DNA of 64,000 bases from Epiperipatus broadwayi (taxonomy: Eukaryota > Animalia > Onychophora): contig JAQFVV010000007.1 of the NCBI GenBank assembly GCA_028023455.1, positions 14,694,001 to 14,758,000 of the forward strand. The letters are read 5' to 3'. The notes beneath the pieces were generated by a model. The model was not told the origin of the DNA. It did not search any database and saw nothing but the letters and a program-made list of their open reading frames with translations. Each line of letters begins with the position of its first letter. Positions within the stretch are counted from its first letter, which is position 1. The position numbers and the translations under genes were made by a program. Below are positions 34,761 through 48,899 of this stretch, one piece after another.

Positions 34761-37519
34761 AAGATAATCAAAAATAAAACAGCAAATATTCTAAGCATCT
34801 AGTGTGTGACAAATAATTAGAACACTCCTTTTAATTATTTATTGTGCATGTAATTAAAATATAAAAATGTAGGGTTACAAACACTCTTTGTCAATTTAGT
34901 GTAGAGATGTTATTGATGGCATGTGAGGCACGTGATGTTCAGGCTCAGTATTAAATCCTTGTGACCGAAATAATAAATAGATAAAAACATAAAGAAAAAA
35001 GAGAAGAAAAAATAATTATATGAAGAAAAAATAGTTATGAATTATTTAAATATACAATTTAGTGTTTTTCTATTAGATTATTTGGCATATGAAATTAGAT
35101 TGTCTAACTGTTAACAAAATATCATAAAGAAAATGGTAGAGATACCAACCAAAAGATAGATTCATTAATGGCTTTATTAAGTCCTTTAATTTTATCCCTG
35201 TAACCACAAATCTGATAATCATTAATAATGTAGTTTAACCCATATTTGCATTGAGAATGGCTGATAAATTTCATATATAAAATAGATTAGCACAGCAACC
35301 ATGGATATTCTAAATCTGTTAATGGAAATCCTGTTATGTCTAGAATGAACATATCCAGCTGGTTTTATTGTTGGATCTGGAAAAATAAATTCATTTGGAA
35401 TCACATAAAAGACCTTATTTTTATATCACAATTCTTTAATCATTCTGTTTTTAATTATGAAACTTTCTCAGGCTGGAAATAAGAAATTGTATTTAAGATT
35501 TTTACTCTTTGCTGAAAAATTTTGCAAAGCTTTGTCTTTTTACAACTTTAAAATTCACATATATATTTTTCTTCTCATATTTTAATTTCAAAACAATTCA
35601 AGAGATATCAGGATAATCAAATAAGCAGATCTTTAGAATATAAGTTGATGGATGCCTATTATGTGATTGGTGATCTCAAATTTTGTGAAATTACTTCAAG
35701 AAAATATTACAATGGTCTAAAAACTTGATTTTTTGGAAAGTTTTATGATCATTTTTGTATAATAATTGGGTAATAATTATTTGGAAATCAAAAATATATA
35801 TTATTACATATTTATTTTTTACAAAAGTGTTTTGTTTTTAAATATAAAAGAATATATTCTTTTGTATATTGTTATCATTGAGATTATGGTCTTGGGGAAA
35901 TACAACTGTCTAGAAATGATATCACTCAACAGTCTGCTATAACATTTAGTGATATAAAAATTACAAAAAAAATTAAACTTTTAAAGCATGGCTTGATAGA
36001 TTTATTTTAGATATTAAAAATAATTCATTCAAATTTTTAAAACAAATATCAAACAAAGAAAAATCTGCTTCACCTGAAATTTGATGATGAAACAGCAATT
36101 TGTTTTGATTAAAATCTAATTTTTAAAATAATTCTGAAAATCAAATGTGACTTTTTAAATTTTATTTTATTTCTAAACAAAAATATCTATCAAAGGAGGT
36201 CAAATTTATTATATTCTGATAAACAATAATGGTTTAATATTAAATTGAAAGTTGAATGCTTAAAGTAAATGAGAACAAAGAAATCTGTCAGAATGCTAGC
36301 ATAGTGCAAGAGAATTAATAAAAGATTCTTGGTTATACATTCAAAATAGGGATCTTGATTTTAATTGATTCTTAAATCATGAAATTATATATTGAGTTAT
36401 TACCAAGTTTGAACTGCTTAACAGTATTATACATTTTCTGCCAGACAACTATCATAAATTAGCATGTAAAACTAATGTTTCCACATGAAAATCATAAATT
36501 ATCTTGATGAAATATTGGCTCAGATAGTACTTTATGTTAAATTTTAATTTCTGAATTACAGTGATGATCTTGTTTAATCATTTTTCATACATCCTGTGAT
36601 TATTAGCATATCATGATTGGACTAACATTCTGAATATACCACACTTTAATGCTAAACATTATGATTTTAATAAACATAAATATGGCATAATTCACTTCTA
36701 ATAAATATATTAAATATTAATTTTTCGCAGTGTTACGTGTATATGGAAATAGAACAGGATGTCTAAATTACATCTAGCTGTGAAATAATTAAATGAATCC
36801 ATTGCACTAAATTATCAAACCCAAAAATTTTGTGATCTCATCTTCTTATGCTTTTTGTTAAAAATAAAGTTATATATTTTTAAATTGGTTAAAATTTCAG
36901 AGTGGTATTAATATTTATGCCAAAAGTAAATATGGCTATGTCAATTATTAAATTATATCTAATTAGACAGAAGATAAAGACTGTATTTTATTTTTATCAT
37001 TTGCTGCATTGATAATTAAACAAAAATCAAAAAATAATATACATATTAAATGTTAACTTCACATAGCACTAAAGGTATATAAAAATAGATCTAAGTTCAA
37101 TCTAGCCATGAAATGGATTTATTTAATTATTTCACAGTTAGATAAGACTATTCTACTCTATTTATATTGTAACGGATATATATAATATATATATATATAT
37201 TATCATCATCATCCCCGACCGTTAAAATATATATATATATTAATACTGTGTGATGATAATATATATTATTTATTATTTGAAGATTAATCTAAGAGTCATT
37301 TAAAATATAAAATAGTTTTTATCCTCTTTTTAATTTGATATAATCTCATAATTGAAAGTGATATATTTTTATTTGGTATTAATATTTATTTCATCCTAAA
37401 ATTACAACACATTTAGCAAACTTAGTTATATTTGGATCAAAAATGTAAGAATAGATTAGTACATGCTACTATTTACATAATTTGCTAACATAATGTGGTG
37501 GATTTATTTAATTATTTTA

Positions 37520-38250
37520 TAGCTAGATGGAGCTTAGGCATCTACATTCTGTTCCCAGATAGGGTCAGGCAAGAAGTTGGGTGAGAAAGGTAAATGGTAC
37601 GCAGATTTGAATAAAGAATTTATGTCAGTATACTTAGACAAAAGGTGGGATTATTATGTTAGGAGAATTGTTGAGTGTTATAGTGGTAAGTAATGGGATA
37701 GAAGAATAGATGCATTAATAAAGAATAGGGAGTTCGAGAGATGGAGAACTAGTATAGAGAATAAAAAGTTTAAATATATACAGAAGTAAACAAAATATTG
37801 GATGTGAGTTAATTTATAATAATAGCAAGGATAGTAGTTTACTGTTTAAGGCCCAAACAGGATTTTTAGCAATAAGAGAATATATACATAAATAGAAAAA
37901 TATGGTTGATTTAGTCTGCAAGTTGTGTAAGGAAGGCATAGAAAATATTAGGCATCCGTTAATTGAATATAAATGCCTGCAAATGGAAATGGTACAAATA
38001 ATAAAGTTGTGGGTGAATAAATATAAACAAAGTTATTTTACAGAGGTTTTTATGCTGGGTTTGAAAAAAGATAAAAGGGATTTACATATAAAGGCCATGG
38101 GGTTGACAAAAATTGTGTTGTGGAAATGTGATGGAGCAGGATAGAGAAGAATATAGGAAAACTTAGGGCAGGAAATGGAAAAAGAAGGTAAAGTGACTAA
38201 CAGGTTTTTCTAGGCATAGTAGCAGAGAGATTCCTGACTCCGAAAAAAAA
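37520..38250 (+). mobile_element. L2/Crack-like LINE 3' fragment, uninterrupted copy
   Basis: DALIKNREFERWRTSIENK..YNNSKDSSLLFKAQTG..DLVCKLCKEGIENIRHPLIEYKC (CCHC-like). Ends ttcctgactccgaaaaaaaa. Confidence 0.85.
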
Positions 38251-38954
38251 GAAGTCATCATTTTATCATTTACTCCATGAACAATATTCAGCCCAAACAG
38301 CATAATTAAAACTTTAAAAGAACTGAATATAGATATCCACCAATCATTATGGTAGTTAATTCTCCCTACATTTACTATGAAATATTATTATTAATTGTAA
38401 TGTAATAATAATGGACAATTCAGTAGGAATGTATCTTGGTAATCATTTTTACTTTTATTTTTAGCTAATAAAATATCAAATAACCTACTAAATATCACAT
38501 GATCTTTGCGTACACATTTTACCATCTTCTAGCAATCTAGTATCAATTTTCCTTCAATTTCATTACACTTTAAAGCTTTAGTAATCAGTAAATACCTGAT
38601 GGATATCCCCAGACTAATTGTTATTTTATGTTTTTCATTAATGATTAGTTTCCCAAATTTTTTCAAACAGGCACTTTGACCCCTTGAATCTATTCCATTT
38701 TTCGTCTAGCAGCCATGTTTTATTATAAATATATTGAATTAAATATTTCCATGGATTGTTATTATAATAAAGAATACAAATGTTATGTTATGATATCTAT
38801 TTTTAACTCTACTCTGAATATAGGTCATAAAATATTATTGGGACAATACAGAGGTTATTTTTGATGAAAGAAATAAATTTAAAAGATAAGTAAGAAAAAA
38901 GTTTGATGATAAATGTTCCTGAATCTGAGCCCCTCATTCTCATTAAAATATCCT

Positions 38955-39390
38955 TTGATGTTAAAGAAGGTTGGGTTTTGAAGTGAATGATGGAAAGACT
39001 ATTTTATTAGCTATATATATGTTGTTTGTATGTTGTTGAATTTCACTTGAAAATGTCTATTTGTTAATAGATGAAACCATGGTCATGAAGAATTTTAATA
39101 AAACTTTGTTTTTTGGCTAGTATTGCAATGTTAAATGATTTTTTTATTTTAAACAATATATATAAAGCAAAATAGCCTTCTCATAATTCATTTCAAAAAG
39201 CAACTTCTTTAATATCAACGGATATCTTCATGAGATTAGTGGAGGAAGACATCTGATATTAAAGGAAGTTGTTTTTTAAAATAAATAATGGGGAGATTAT
39301 TTTGTTTTATATAATATGTTGTTTGCATCTTGTTGAATTTCACTTGAAAAGGTCCATTTGTTATATAGTCATAGAAGAATTTTAGTAAAA
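38955..39390. repeat. Local triplication: two direct copies and one inverted copy
   Basis: atatgttgtttg..tgttgaatttcacttgaaaa at ~39015 and ~39315. 39160-39215 is the reverse complement of 39255-39312. Confidence 0.7.
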
Positions 39391-39457
39391 AAAATTCTTG
39401 GAGGGCTAATGTTGTTAAATTTATATGATTTTCGATTTTATTTATTTCACATGCAAA

Positions 39458-39570
39458 ACATAAAATATGTTTGTTTATTAGCTTTTAAAATTTTAAGCTC
39501 ATCTAAATTCGGGCATAAAATATGTTTGTTATTGGCTTTTAAGATTTTAGTTTATCTAAATTCAGGATTT
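39458..39570. repeat. ~54-bp tandem duplication
   Basis: cataaaatatgtttgtttatt(a/g)gcttttaa...atctaaattc x2. Confidence 0.8.
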
Positions 39571-40544
39571 ATGTTTACAATAATCTGGATATCATTATAT
39601 TTATCATCTTGTGGCTTAATAGATAAGAGGAATTTTTTTATCAATGTGTTTTATTCAGTCTTTGGTTTTGTAAATACAAATATGTCTATTGAAATATTTT
39701 AATATTGGTGTGTATTGATTTGCTATATTTGAATTTCAACTAGTGGTATGGTATTACTGATTTTTTCATATATATGTTTTCTAAATTAACATCAAAGCTG
39801 TTAATGTAAATATTAATGTACATAACAATAATGTGGAACCACATTTCTTAATCTGTAACCTTTCATAGACCCTCTCTTATTATCAAATTTATGTGGTTTA
39901 AATCCCATGAGCCTATTTTTATTGAGCATTAAATGCCTTTCAAACACTCACACACATGTAAACACATATATAAATTACATTTTGATTTATGTGGCAGGTT
40001 AGTAATAATCATTACTATATTTATCTGAAATAGTTGATGTCAAAGAGACCAATGTAAAATGATTATCATTTGTAGATCAACTTTTAGTAACAATAAGACT
40101 GAGAGTGTAAAGTTTATATGTGAACTAAGATATGATTGCTATTAATCTACTAGTTGAATAATAATAATTATTGATGTATTTATTTGAAGTGAATGGTATA
40201 AAAGTTGTAAATGCACAAAAGTTTAATAAATTTAGTCATTGAACACATGATGAAAACATATGGAAGAGATTTTGATTTTGACCTATTGAAGAGTGCTGAT
40301 TCTGTGCTAAATACATTTCAGTAAGAATTTTCCACTTTCAAATGTATTTATTCATATGTTGCATGGTTCTTGGTGGAGCAAAAGTTTAAAATATGTTTTA
40401 AAAAGGTATTACAGATGCAAATTAATTATTGGATGTGTTTATGTTTAATTAATTACAAATATCTTAATTAAAGTTTAAAATTGATATCTATTCTCTAATT
40501 TAATAAATGATTAATAATAATCATTAATATCCTTATGTAAACAG

Positions 40545-40801
40545 TTGGTATTAAAGTTGGGAGTACAAAAAACTTGGGCACTTATAAATCAAAGTGTATC
40601 AATTTGATATTGATAAGTGATGTCTATGCAAAAGATTGTGATCTCAACCAAATAAAGACTTCTAATTCAGCAAAACATCTTTCAAAAACTTATGTTGGAA
40701 TGAAAGAATTAACTATAAATAAAAATCAAATGTTAACAAAAAGACGTGTAAAGATTAAAGATATTAAAGACATTATGCACTGTTTAAATTTGAAAATTTA
40801 A
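40545..40801 (+). CDS. Candidate terminal coding exon, product unidentified
   Basis: Acceptor ...ccttatgtaaacag| followed by an open frame of ~85 codons (VGIKVGSTKNLG...LTKRRVKIKDIKDIMHCLNLKI*) in AT-rich DNA. No homology recognised. Confidence 0.25.
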
Positions 40802-41583
40802 CATATTAATAATTGTATGATTGGTGACATGGTTTGGGAATCAGGGTTAATATATTGTGAAATAACTTTATGACTTCTGGTATTTAAACTTCTTATAAAC
40901 TCACAAATAATAACCAACTTATTTATTTTTTAATGTATTATGATTCACATCTTTCTATTTTTACAACAAAAAAAACTGTCCTAATTCAAACACAAACTAA
41001 AATTAGGTATGATTTTATAATAATTATCTTAAATAAAATTACAGGAATTGGACAAAATAATAATAATTCTTATTATACTTTTATTAATACGGTGTAGGGT
41101 CATTATTTACAATAGAAATTGCACATTTTTATTTCAGGATAGAATTAAGTAAAATTTGATCATCTAATTCATTCTTCATTGTGAAATGTCCCAAATTTCT
41201 GAAAAACATTGACAAGAGATACTACTGATTCACTTAATGTTTAAAAATACCTAATACAGACTCAAGAATATTTACATCAAATCATTATGGAAGTTACGTA
41301 AAATAAATAACATCAATCCCATACTCCTCAACAATCAGTCCACAAATATATGATCTTCCTGATGAAATCATGATAACTCCATCATCTCATTGTTCCAGCT
41401 GGGAGATGACATGTACAGATTAGTAAATAGAATGTAAGTGATTAAATTTGGTGGGTAAATGGGTGGAAAGGTGCATAGATGGGGATAGATAAGTAAGTGT
41501 AAAAGAAAGTGAACAAAGTAATAAATAAGTAAATAAATAAGTAAACAGATAAATAAACAAACAGACAAATGGATACTTAGAAA

Positions 41584-42208
<625 letters not shown>

Positions 42209-42440
42209 TTACATTAGTTTCCATTACTTAAGGATATTTATATTCTTTTTCTATATAAATCCGCAACCCTTTTTAATTAAAAATGATAACATTTTTATAT
42301 CTATATATCTATTGTTGTAGCACTTATTGTAAATGCATAAAGTTAACCCACCTGCCTATTGTGCATTGTATCTGATGTTTAAATCTGGACTAGGCAAATC
42401 TTAAATTGTTTTTTCAAGGTATGAATAGAGTTTAGACTTT

Positions 42441-42713
42441 TATGTTTGATTGTGGTCTCATAGCCATTGGACTAAACAAATTATTATTAATAGCTTCCAG
42501 AAAATCTGTATGTTTGATTGTGGTCTTGTAACCACCATAATGAACAAAAGATTATTAATAGCTTCCAGAGAGTCTGTTGTGGTTAATGATAATCTCATAG
42601 CCATTGCAATGAACAAATGATTGTTAATAGTTTGAAAAGAGTCTGTATATCTGATGGTAGTCTTATAGCCATTGCAGTAAGCAAATAATCATTAATAGTT
42701 TCCAGAGAGTCTG
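42441..42713. repeat. Minisatellite, 4 x ~68 bp
   Basis: Units end in ccagagagtctg-like sequence at 42508, 42576, 42645 and 42713. Confidence 0.9.
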
Positions 42714-43451
42714 TCTTAGCCAGATGAATGTTAATTCACTGATTGTAAAACCATGAACTATGTCTATAATATTGTGCATTCTATCTTTATTATTATTAGA
42801 AGAGGTCTCACATCCCTATGTAAACTCAGACCTTGGTTTGCTTTTATTTTTTTGTTCATCTTACCAATTCAAATTATTCACCAGCTTTTATTTTGCAGCT
42901 GAAGCACCATTTACCAAATAATATTTAGTACATAGCTGTATTAATTAAAAATAGATGATGAAAAAAATCTGAAAAAAAAAATTGGCTATCTAAAATTTTT
43001 TCAAATTCCATTCAGATTTGTATTCCAGTTGATAGCTGTGGTAACAATTTTTTATAATACTGTAAAAGTCAAACTCATCAATACAATTATGATTACAGTG
43101 CAATATTTTAATTTTGGTTATGTGATTTAGTATAATGGCATAGTGTTATACTCTGGAGCTCAAGGTCCGTGGATCACAACCCAGTCTGACACTCTGTTCA
43201 AACTTCTTATGACCTCCCCCTCAAACAATAAATAATTTGAATATTTATTTTACTTTATAATTTTGATTACTTTCTGTTCTAAATTTCTACAAGTTCTTTT
43301 TTTAAAATAGTAAATGACAAAATTAATCTTAGGATCACTGATTCAAATACTTTAATATTCTGATAAAATCATGAAATACTGTTTTGATTTATTGATAATT
43401 TGTATCATAAATAATATCCCAATGACTTTATTGCATAGGAGTTTGTAACAA

Positions 43452-43622
43452 CTAAACTTCACATGATCACCTTTCTCAATGATGAAAGCCACAAACTAGA
43501 AACTAGTCTAGGGATATTGGATGAGTAGGCACTAGATAGGAATTTCATGCACAAATTTTTATGCATCCATCGATTATTCTAGCTTGCACTGAGTGGTGCT
43601 ACTGTATGGAGAGTTTTGCCTT
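43452..43622 (+). mobile_element. Family A copy preceded by an inverted piece of its own tail
   Basis: actaaacttcacatgatcacc (inverted tail), then tctca-atgatga-aagc-cacaa-acta-gaaac-ta-gtc-tagggatattggatgagtaggcactagat...gagttttgcc. Confidence 0.85.
43474..43513 (+). ncRNA. Hammerhead motif, family A (C3 mutated to A; GAAAC-UA-GUC intact)
   Basis: Shows the palindromic stem III ACUAGU. Confidence 0.65.
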
Positions 43623-43899
43623 TGTGAGTTCATAACATGTTTATACACTAAAAGTGTCAAAACTGATACCAATACAAAAATATTATAAACTAAAACTGAA
43701 TACTCTATCTCTGTACTAAACCTGCACTGATAAAATTATAAGTATTGCTTATACTTTAAAATGTAATACTGTTATCAATACAATAAATATATAAGAAATA
43801 TTTAGTTTAGAAAAATGGTGAACAGATGATAAAGCCTTATAAAAGAAATTGTGACCTGAATCAATGGAAGATTGGAGATCCATTGTCTTTAGCAGATAA

Positions 43900-44220
43900 T
43901 TTTAGGTAGTGTTCTGATCTATTGTGACAGCCGCTTGATGGCATTGATGCTAAGCAAAAACACATTGATATAATGTTCCTGGGCCAGAAATTCTATAGAA
44001 CTGAACTACGATGTCCAGAAAATTAAAAAAATTCAAACAAAATATAAAAATGTAAGCAGACTTTTTGGGATAGTATAATTAATCAGAGACTGGTTTTTTT
44101 GTGTGTGCGATAAAAATTACATTACTTTCAAATAGCAAAAAATAGTACATTGGAGACTGTTTTGGCTAGAAATAGCACCGTCAAGTGGCTGACACAATAG
44201 ATCAGAACACAACCTAATTT
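43900..44220. mobile_element. MITE-like element with ~70-bp TIRs
   Basis: ttaggtagtgttctgatctattgtgacagccgcttgatgg versus ccgtcaagtggctgacacaatagatcagaacacaacctaa. Confidence 0.8.
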
Positions 44221-44614
44221 CATTTACTTGCATCAAGAATGTATGGTGTGGTAAAAGTCTTAAATATATTTAAAAAACATATTATAAATGGGAAAAGAAG
44301 TATGCAGTTGAGCCATTCCATGTATTTATATATATATTTAAGAAATTATATAACAACTATTAACTGAAATTTAAATCATATCTGGCCTAGAGTCAATCTC
44401 TAGTTTAATAAATGATTAATAATATTCTTCAATGTATTTATCGAAAATGATCTGACAAAAATGTGAGTGCAGAAAGATGGGGGTAGATATTTATAAAAAA
44501 AATCAGAAAAGCCTGGAACCAGGGTTTTAAAATTACTGGTAATAAATCTGTATATGCCTTTATTATATTTAAATACAAGTATATTGTCTATACTGAACAT
44601 AATGTAATTATAAT

Positions 44615-44756
44615 GGATTTGAATTCAGACTTTCAAGCTCCCTGTAGCTATCCACTCCATCTTATACAACTAACACACATGACCAGATACATGTGAAAAA
44701 AATAAATGATCTCCAATATATATTTTTCATCCTGAACCAGAACTCATTAGTTGTCT
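44615..44756 (-). mobile_element. Family C copy, 5'-truncated just upstream of the hammerhead (44712-44755)
   Basis: acaa-CUAAUGA-guucug-guu-caggau-GAAA-aauaua-UA-uugga. Confidence 0.85.
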
Positions 44757-46856
44757 GAGTTCCAATGCCTATATTATGCAAACTTTTCTAGATTATTAAT
44801 TAGGGACTATCTATTACTTTGCAAATTATTTGAATAATAAATATATAAATTTATTTTAATCATTAGATGTGATTTCTATTATTAGTAGTACTTCTACTAG
44901 TATTAATAGTAATATTAAACATTGCAGTAAGAATATTATTAATAAAGTTCTCGAAAATATTAAATTGATTTATCATGACATATGTTAGTAGTTTTAACAA
45001 CATTTTCTAATTAATAATTATTAAATGACATCTGCTTAATTTGCGTCATCAATTAAAACTTTTTTAAAAAAATAAATTAATGTAGACATTAAGATCGTGT
45101 TTTAACATCAAACCTTCCAGTTGAATTTTAACATTTCGCATATATACTGACATATAATTAAGAAAAATATGGTTTACATTAAAATAATATACAGACCGTT
45201 TTTTCGCTATAATCTACATATAACAGAACTAATCTATTACACACATCACTCTATATTTGAATTATCCTTGAAAGTATGATAAACTACAGATACTTATTTG
45301 GCAAAAACAAACAGATCTGTACAAGATTGGTAGAGTTAGATTGAAAGACTTAAGAGTATTTAGACTTTCAAAATGGGAATTTGAATAGCATAATAGAAAT
45401 AAAACATAATTCGCTGTTGTTCTTGAGATGTTGCAAAGTTTGTGCATCTTAAGTTACAGTTTGAGCTTTGATTCCAAGCCACTAGATCTTGAGTCAAGTA
45501 TTTTGCAGTGCAGCTAATAGTTAAAAACTAATCTGGAAAACTACTTACGCATATATGGAAGGTTTATAAATATAACATGTATCTGTTATATTAAGTGCTG
45601 TCAGGTAGTCAGGACTATTTTTTAAGAATTTATTACCAGTTATATTAACTCATGATTTATACAGTAATAATATCTTCCAGTATACTTCATCAAACATTAA
45701 AAGTAAAGATAAAATAAATAAATAAAAAATACTAAAATTTAAGAAAATAATTTTACTCACATAAATATGCTAAAGATGTTAAAAAACCACTAAAAAGTAA
45801 AAAATATTTTTTTCAGCTTTAACATGATATTACATGGCTAAAAATAAAAACATGGTGTTTTAATATAACATTTTTACTTAATATTCTTCACCTTAAGCTT
45901 TTATTTTAGATCACATGTTACCAAGTAGAAGCTTAAAAATGTCTTATATTACTTTAATTCTATGCTAACAATAAACAGTGAGCCATTCATGAAGAACTTG
46001 GATGACATTGCTGTACTATACCTTTCATTCTCTTTTTCAGCCTTTTTTATTGCTATTTATATCCATTTTGCATTAAAATCTTGAATTAATATAAATATTG
46101 ATGTATTAATTACAAAAAAAAATCTGCAGGTGACAGTAGTGCACAGAGTAATCTACAGAGAAAAATTCAAAGTAAGCTGCCAAAGCCTAGAGACTGTTGA
46201 TTGGTTGATTTTTTTTTTTTTTTGGTAATTGATATTAAGGACGCTCTCCAAAAATAAAGAAACAGAAATGCATAATTTTGTAGTGTATTTAAAATTTGTA
46301 ATTATTTTTACAAAATATTTCCATGATAATTATTAAAATTAAATTATACTCACATTTACATTTATATTCATTTTTAAAAATACAAGTTAAGATATTTGAA
46401 GTAATGTTAAAACAAAATAGTGACACTCTATCAAACAACTATCAAACAGCATTGTTCTAAATTTTTATGATAATTTAATAAATATAAACATAATTTTCCA
46501 TTTTAGAAAATAATTTCATAGATTTGTTTTGATTTTACAATTATTCATTCATACCTAAACATTGGAATTCATTCAACAAGAACATCATTAATTTTCTTTT
46601 TACAATAGCACTGCAGCAAAAAATCAATAAATATAAAATCATTGTTACCATTACAAAATTCTCATTTTTATTTATTTTATTTTTTATGTGAGAAGTTTAA
46701 ATGTATTTTTTTTTAATTTGTTTCATTTGTAAACTTATAACAAACCAACCCTAATTTATTAAATCGTAATATTAAGCAAAAGTTTTAACATTAAAATTAA
46801 AATGTTGTACTATTAACTCAAATTGTTGCTAGAAGTAGGCAGAATTAATCAAGCAT

Positions 46857-46948
46857 TGGTGGTCAAGAGGTCAGCACAGCTGCCTTACAAGCAGTTGTCC
46901 CAGGTTAACGGGTTCACTTCCCAGCCGATTCTATGACACATGAAAAAA
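46857..46948 (+). mobile_element. Short tRNA-derived SINE, copy 2
   Basis: tggtggtcaagaggtcagcacagctgccttacaagc...gggttcacttccc...ctatgacacatgaaaaaa. Confidence 0.75.
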
Positions 46949-46983
46949 GTAGGCAGAATTATATTCAAATGTGAAGGACACAG

Positions 46984-47126
46984 AGGCAAAATTATTTGTA
47001 CAGTAGCACTACTCAGTGCAAGCCAGAGTAATCAATGGATGCAGGAAGGTTTGTGCATAAAATCCTTATCTAATGCCTACTCATCCAATATTCCCAGACT
47101 AGTTGGTGATCATGTGATGTTTAGTG
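46984..47126 (-). mobile_element. Family A copy truncated inside the ribozyme, joined to an inverted tail fragment
   Basis: Reverse complement ends aac-ta-gtc-tgggaatattggatgagtaggc. The plus-strand tggtgatcatgtgatgtttagtg follows immediately. Confidence 0.8.
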
Positions 47127-48599
47127 ATGAAATGTGAAAGAGTTAAGTCTTTTTTATATATTTTTAATATGTTTGTGTGAATAAAAGATATTTCCTAGAA
47201 AAAATTTTTTTTACATTTTTTATTTTCTATTTTTTAGTTTTACATAGTTTCATAAATTGATATGAAGAAAGTCCTTAGATACAATTTAATATCACTAGAT
47301 AGCAGGACCATAAAAATACTAAATGATATATAAATTTAACATTTCCTTTAAATTTTTGTTAAAATTGTTTACAAACTTTAAAAAAATACTGTCATTAAAA
47401 ATACATATCTATGCAAAATGTCAACTAGGTACAATCAGAAAGTGGGGTAGATAGACAAAAAAATCAAAATAAACTAAATAAAGGTGTATAATAATATAAT
47501 GTTCTCTACATAAGAAAAGTTTATTAACAAATTGAAAGAACTGAACTCAATATAATGCTCATAATTTTATTCAATGCTCACAGTTACCACACTGATTATA
47601 TGTAGTTATTATGACAATTGGCATGTAAACTTATATAATCACATGATTTTTCATTAGATCTTTAGAAATATTTACTTTAGAGTCACTCAAACACCAGACA
47701 GTATATCATTATATAAATTTTTATGACCAGAGTAACTTCTGACTTTTGCCTTCATTCATGAAACCAAAAATCATCAGTATGAAGATAAGAATTTTATAGT
47801 GTTATAATATCTGGTGACTATTGATTATGCAATATTACAAAAGAAAGGTCTGGAGTAAAATGAAAAGTAGAGTCAAGCATATAATTAAGTATATGAAAGA
47901 CAAATCTATGTTGTGATTGATATTTAGATCTTTAATTTAAAAAACTCAAACTCAAGTTGTTTTTTCATCCACAATTCTAAAATATGTCACATTATTGTCC
48001 TGTATTTTTTTTCAGGGGCAAGATTATATTAATCTAAACTCTTCCCTGTTTAATATTTTTCAAGAATTTGATGTTAGCATTATTACCTGATTTTGCACTC
48101 AACCACAATGTTTAACTATCAAAAAAAAAAAAAAAAAACAATACTGCAGATTCTAGAAATATAAATATTCCTTATTCTAAACAGATCAATCTTTGAAACT
48201 TTATCAGACCAATGCTTATATAATGCAAAATGTTTGGTTATATGATGAAATTAAAATCTTTTTTGGAATCTACTGTGTATTCTTACTATTTGTTTAGATT
48301 GCTGATGTTTCACAGCCACCATTATCAAGGTTAAGACTATAATAAAGAATTGTTTTGTCCCAAGTAATAATGAGATTATGATGGCATGTAAATTTAAAAT
48401 TGTTAATTCATAATATATATAGAGGATTGATTAACAAAAAAGTGTTATATTTTTACATATTACAATAAGTTGTTTTACTAAAATTGATTTTAGAAGAAGA
48501 AAGAAAGAAAATAATTGGCTTCTATAAGGTTGGAATATGCTATAATGTTTAAATACATGCATATTGCCTATACTAAACTTAATATAATTATGAGGAGCT

Positions 48600-48862
48600 T
48601 TAACTCAGACTTTCACACTCTCCACAGCTATCTAATTCTTGTGCAACTGATATATATATGACCACACACATGTGAAAAAGATAAATGATCTTCAAAATAC
48701 ATATTTCATGCTGGACCAGCAGTCATCAGTTGGTGCAGATCATTATTTCCCACACATATATACAATCAGTGTTCTGTTTATATTATAATAGCAAATCTTC
48801 GAACATTAATGGACAAGCTTTAATCCTCTCCACTCTTCAACTTTTCAGCCATCCATATCATT
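48600..48862 (-). mobile_element. Family C copy, full length
   Basis: Colinear with the 4141 and 31465 copies. Confidence 0.85.
48692..48733 (-). ncRNA. Hammerhead motif, family C (all core nucleotides present, stem I weakened)
   Basis: accaa-CUGAUGA-cugcug-guc-cagcau-GAAA-uau-GUA-uuuug. Confidence 0.7.
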
Positions 48863-48899
48863 GAAAACAGAATATATATATATATATAATGTTTTCATG

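Noticed and set aside
38600-38620. ccccagactaatt, similar to the family A ribozyme 3' half
   Set aside because: Too short and the flanks do not match the family.
42441-42713. CRISPR-like array
   Set aside because: Whole units are similar with no unique spacers, and the context is eukaryotic.
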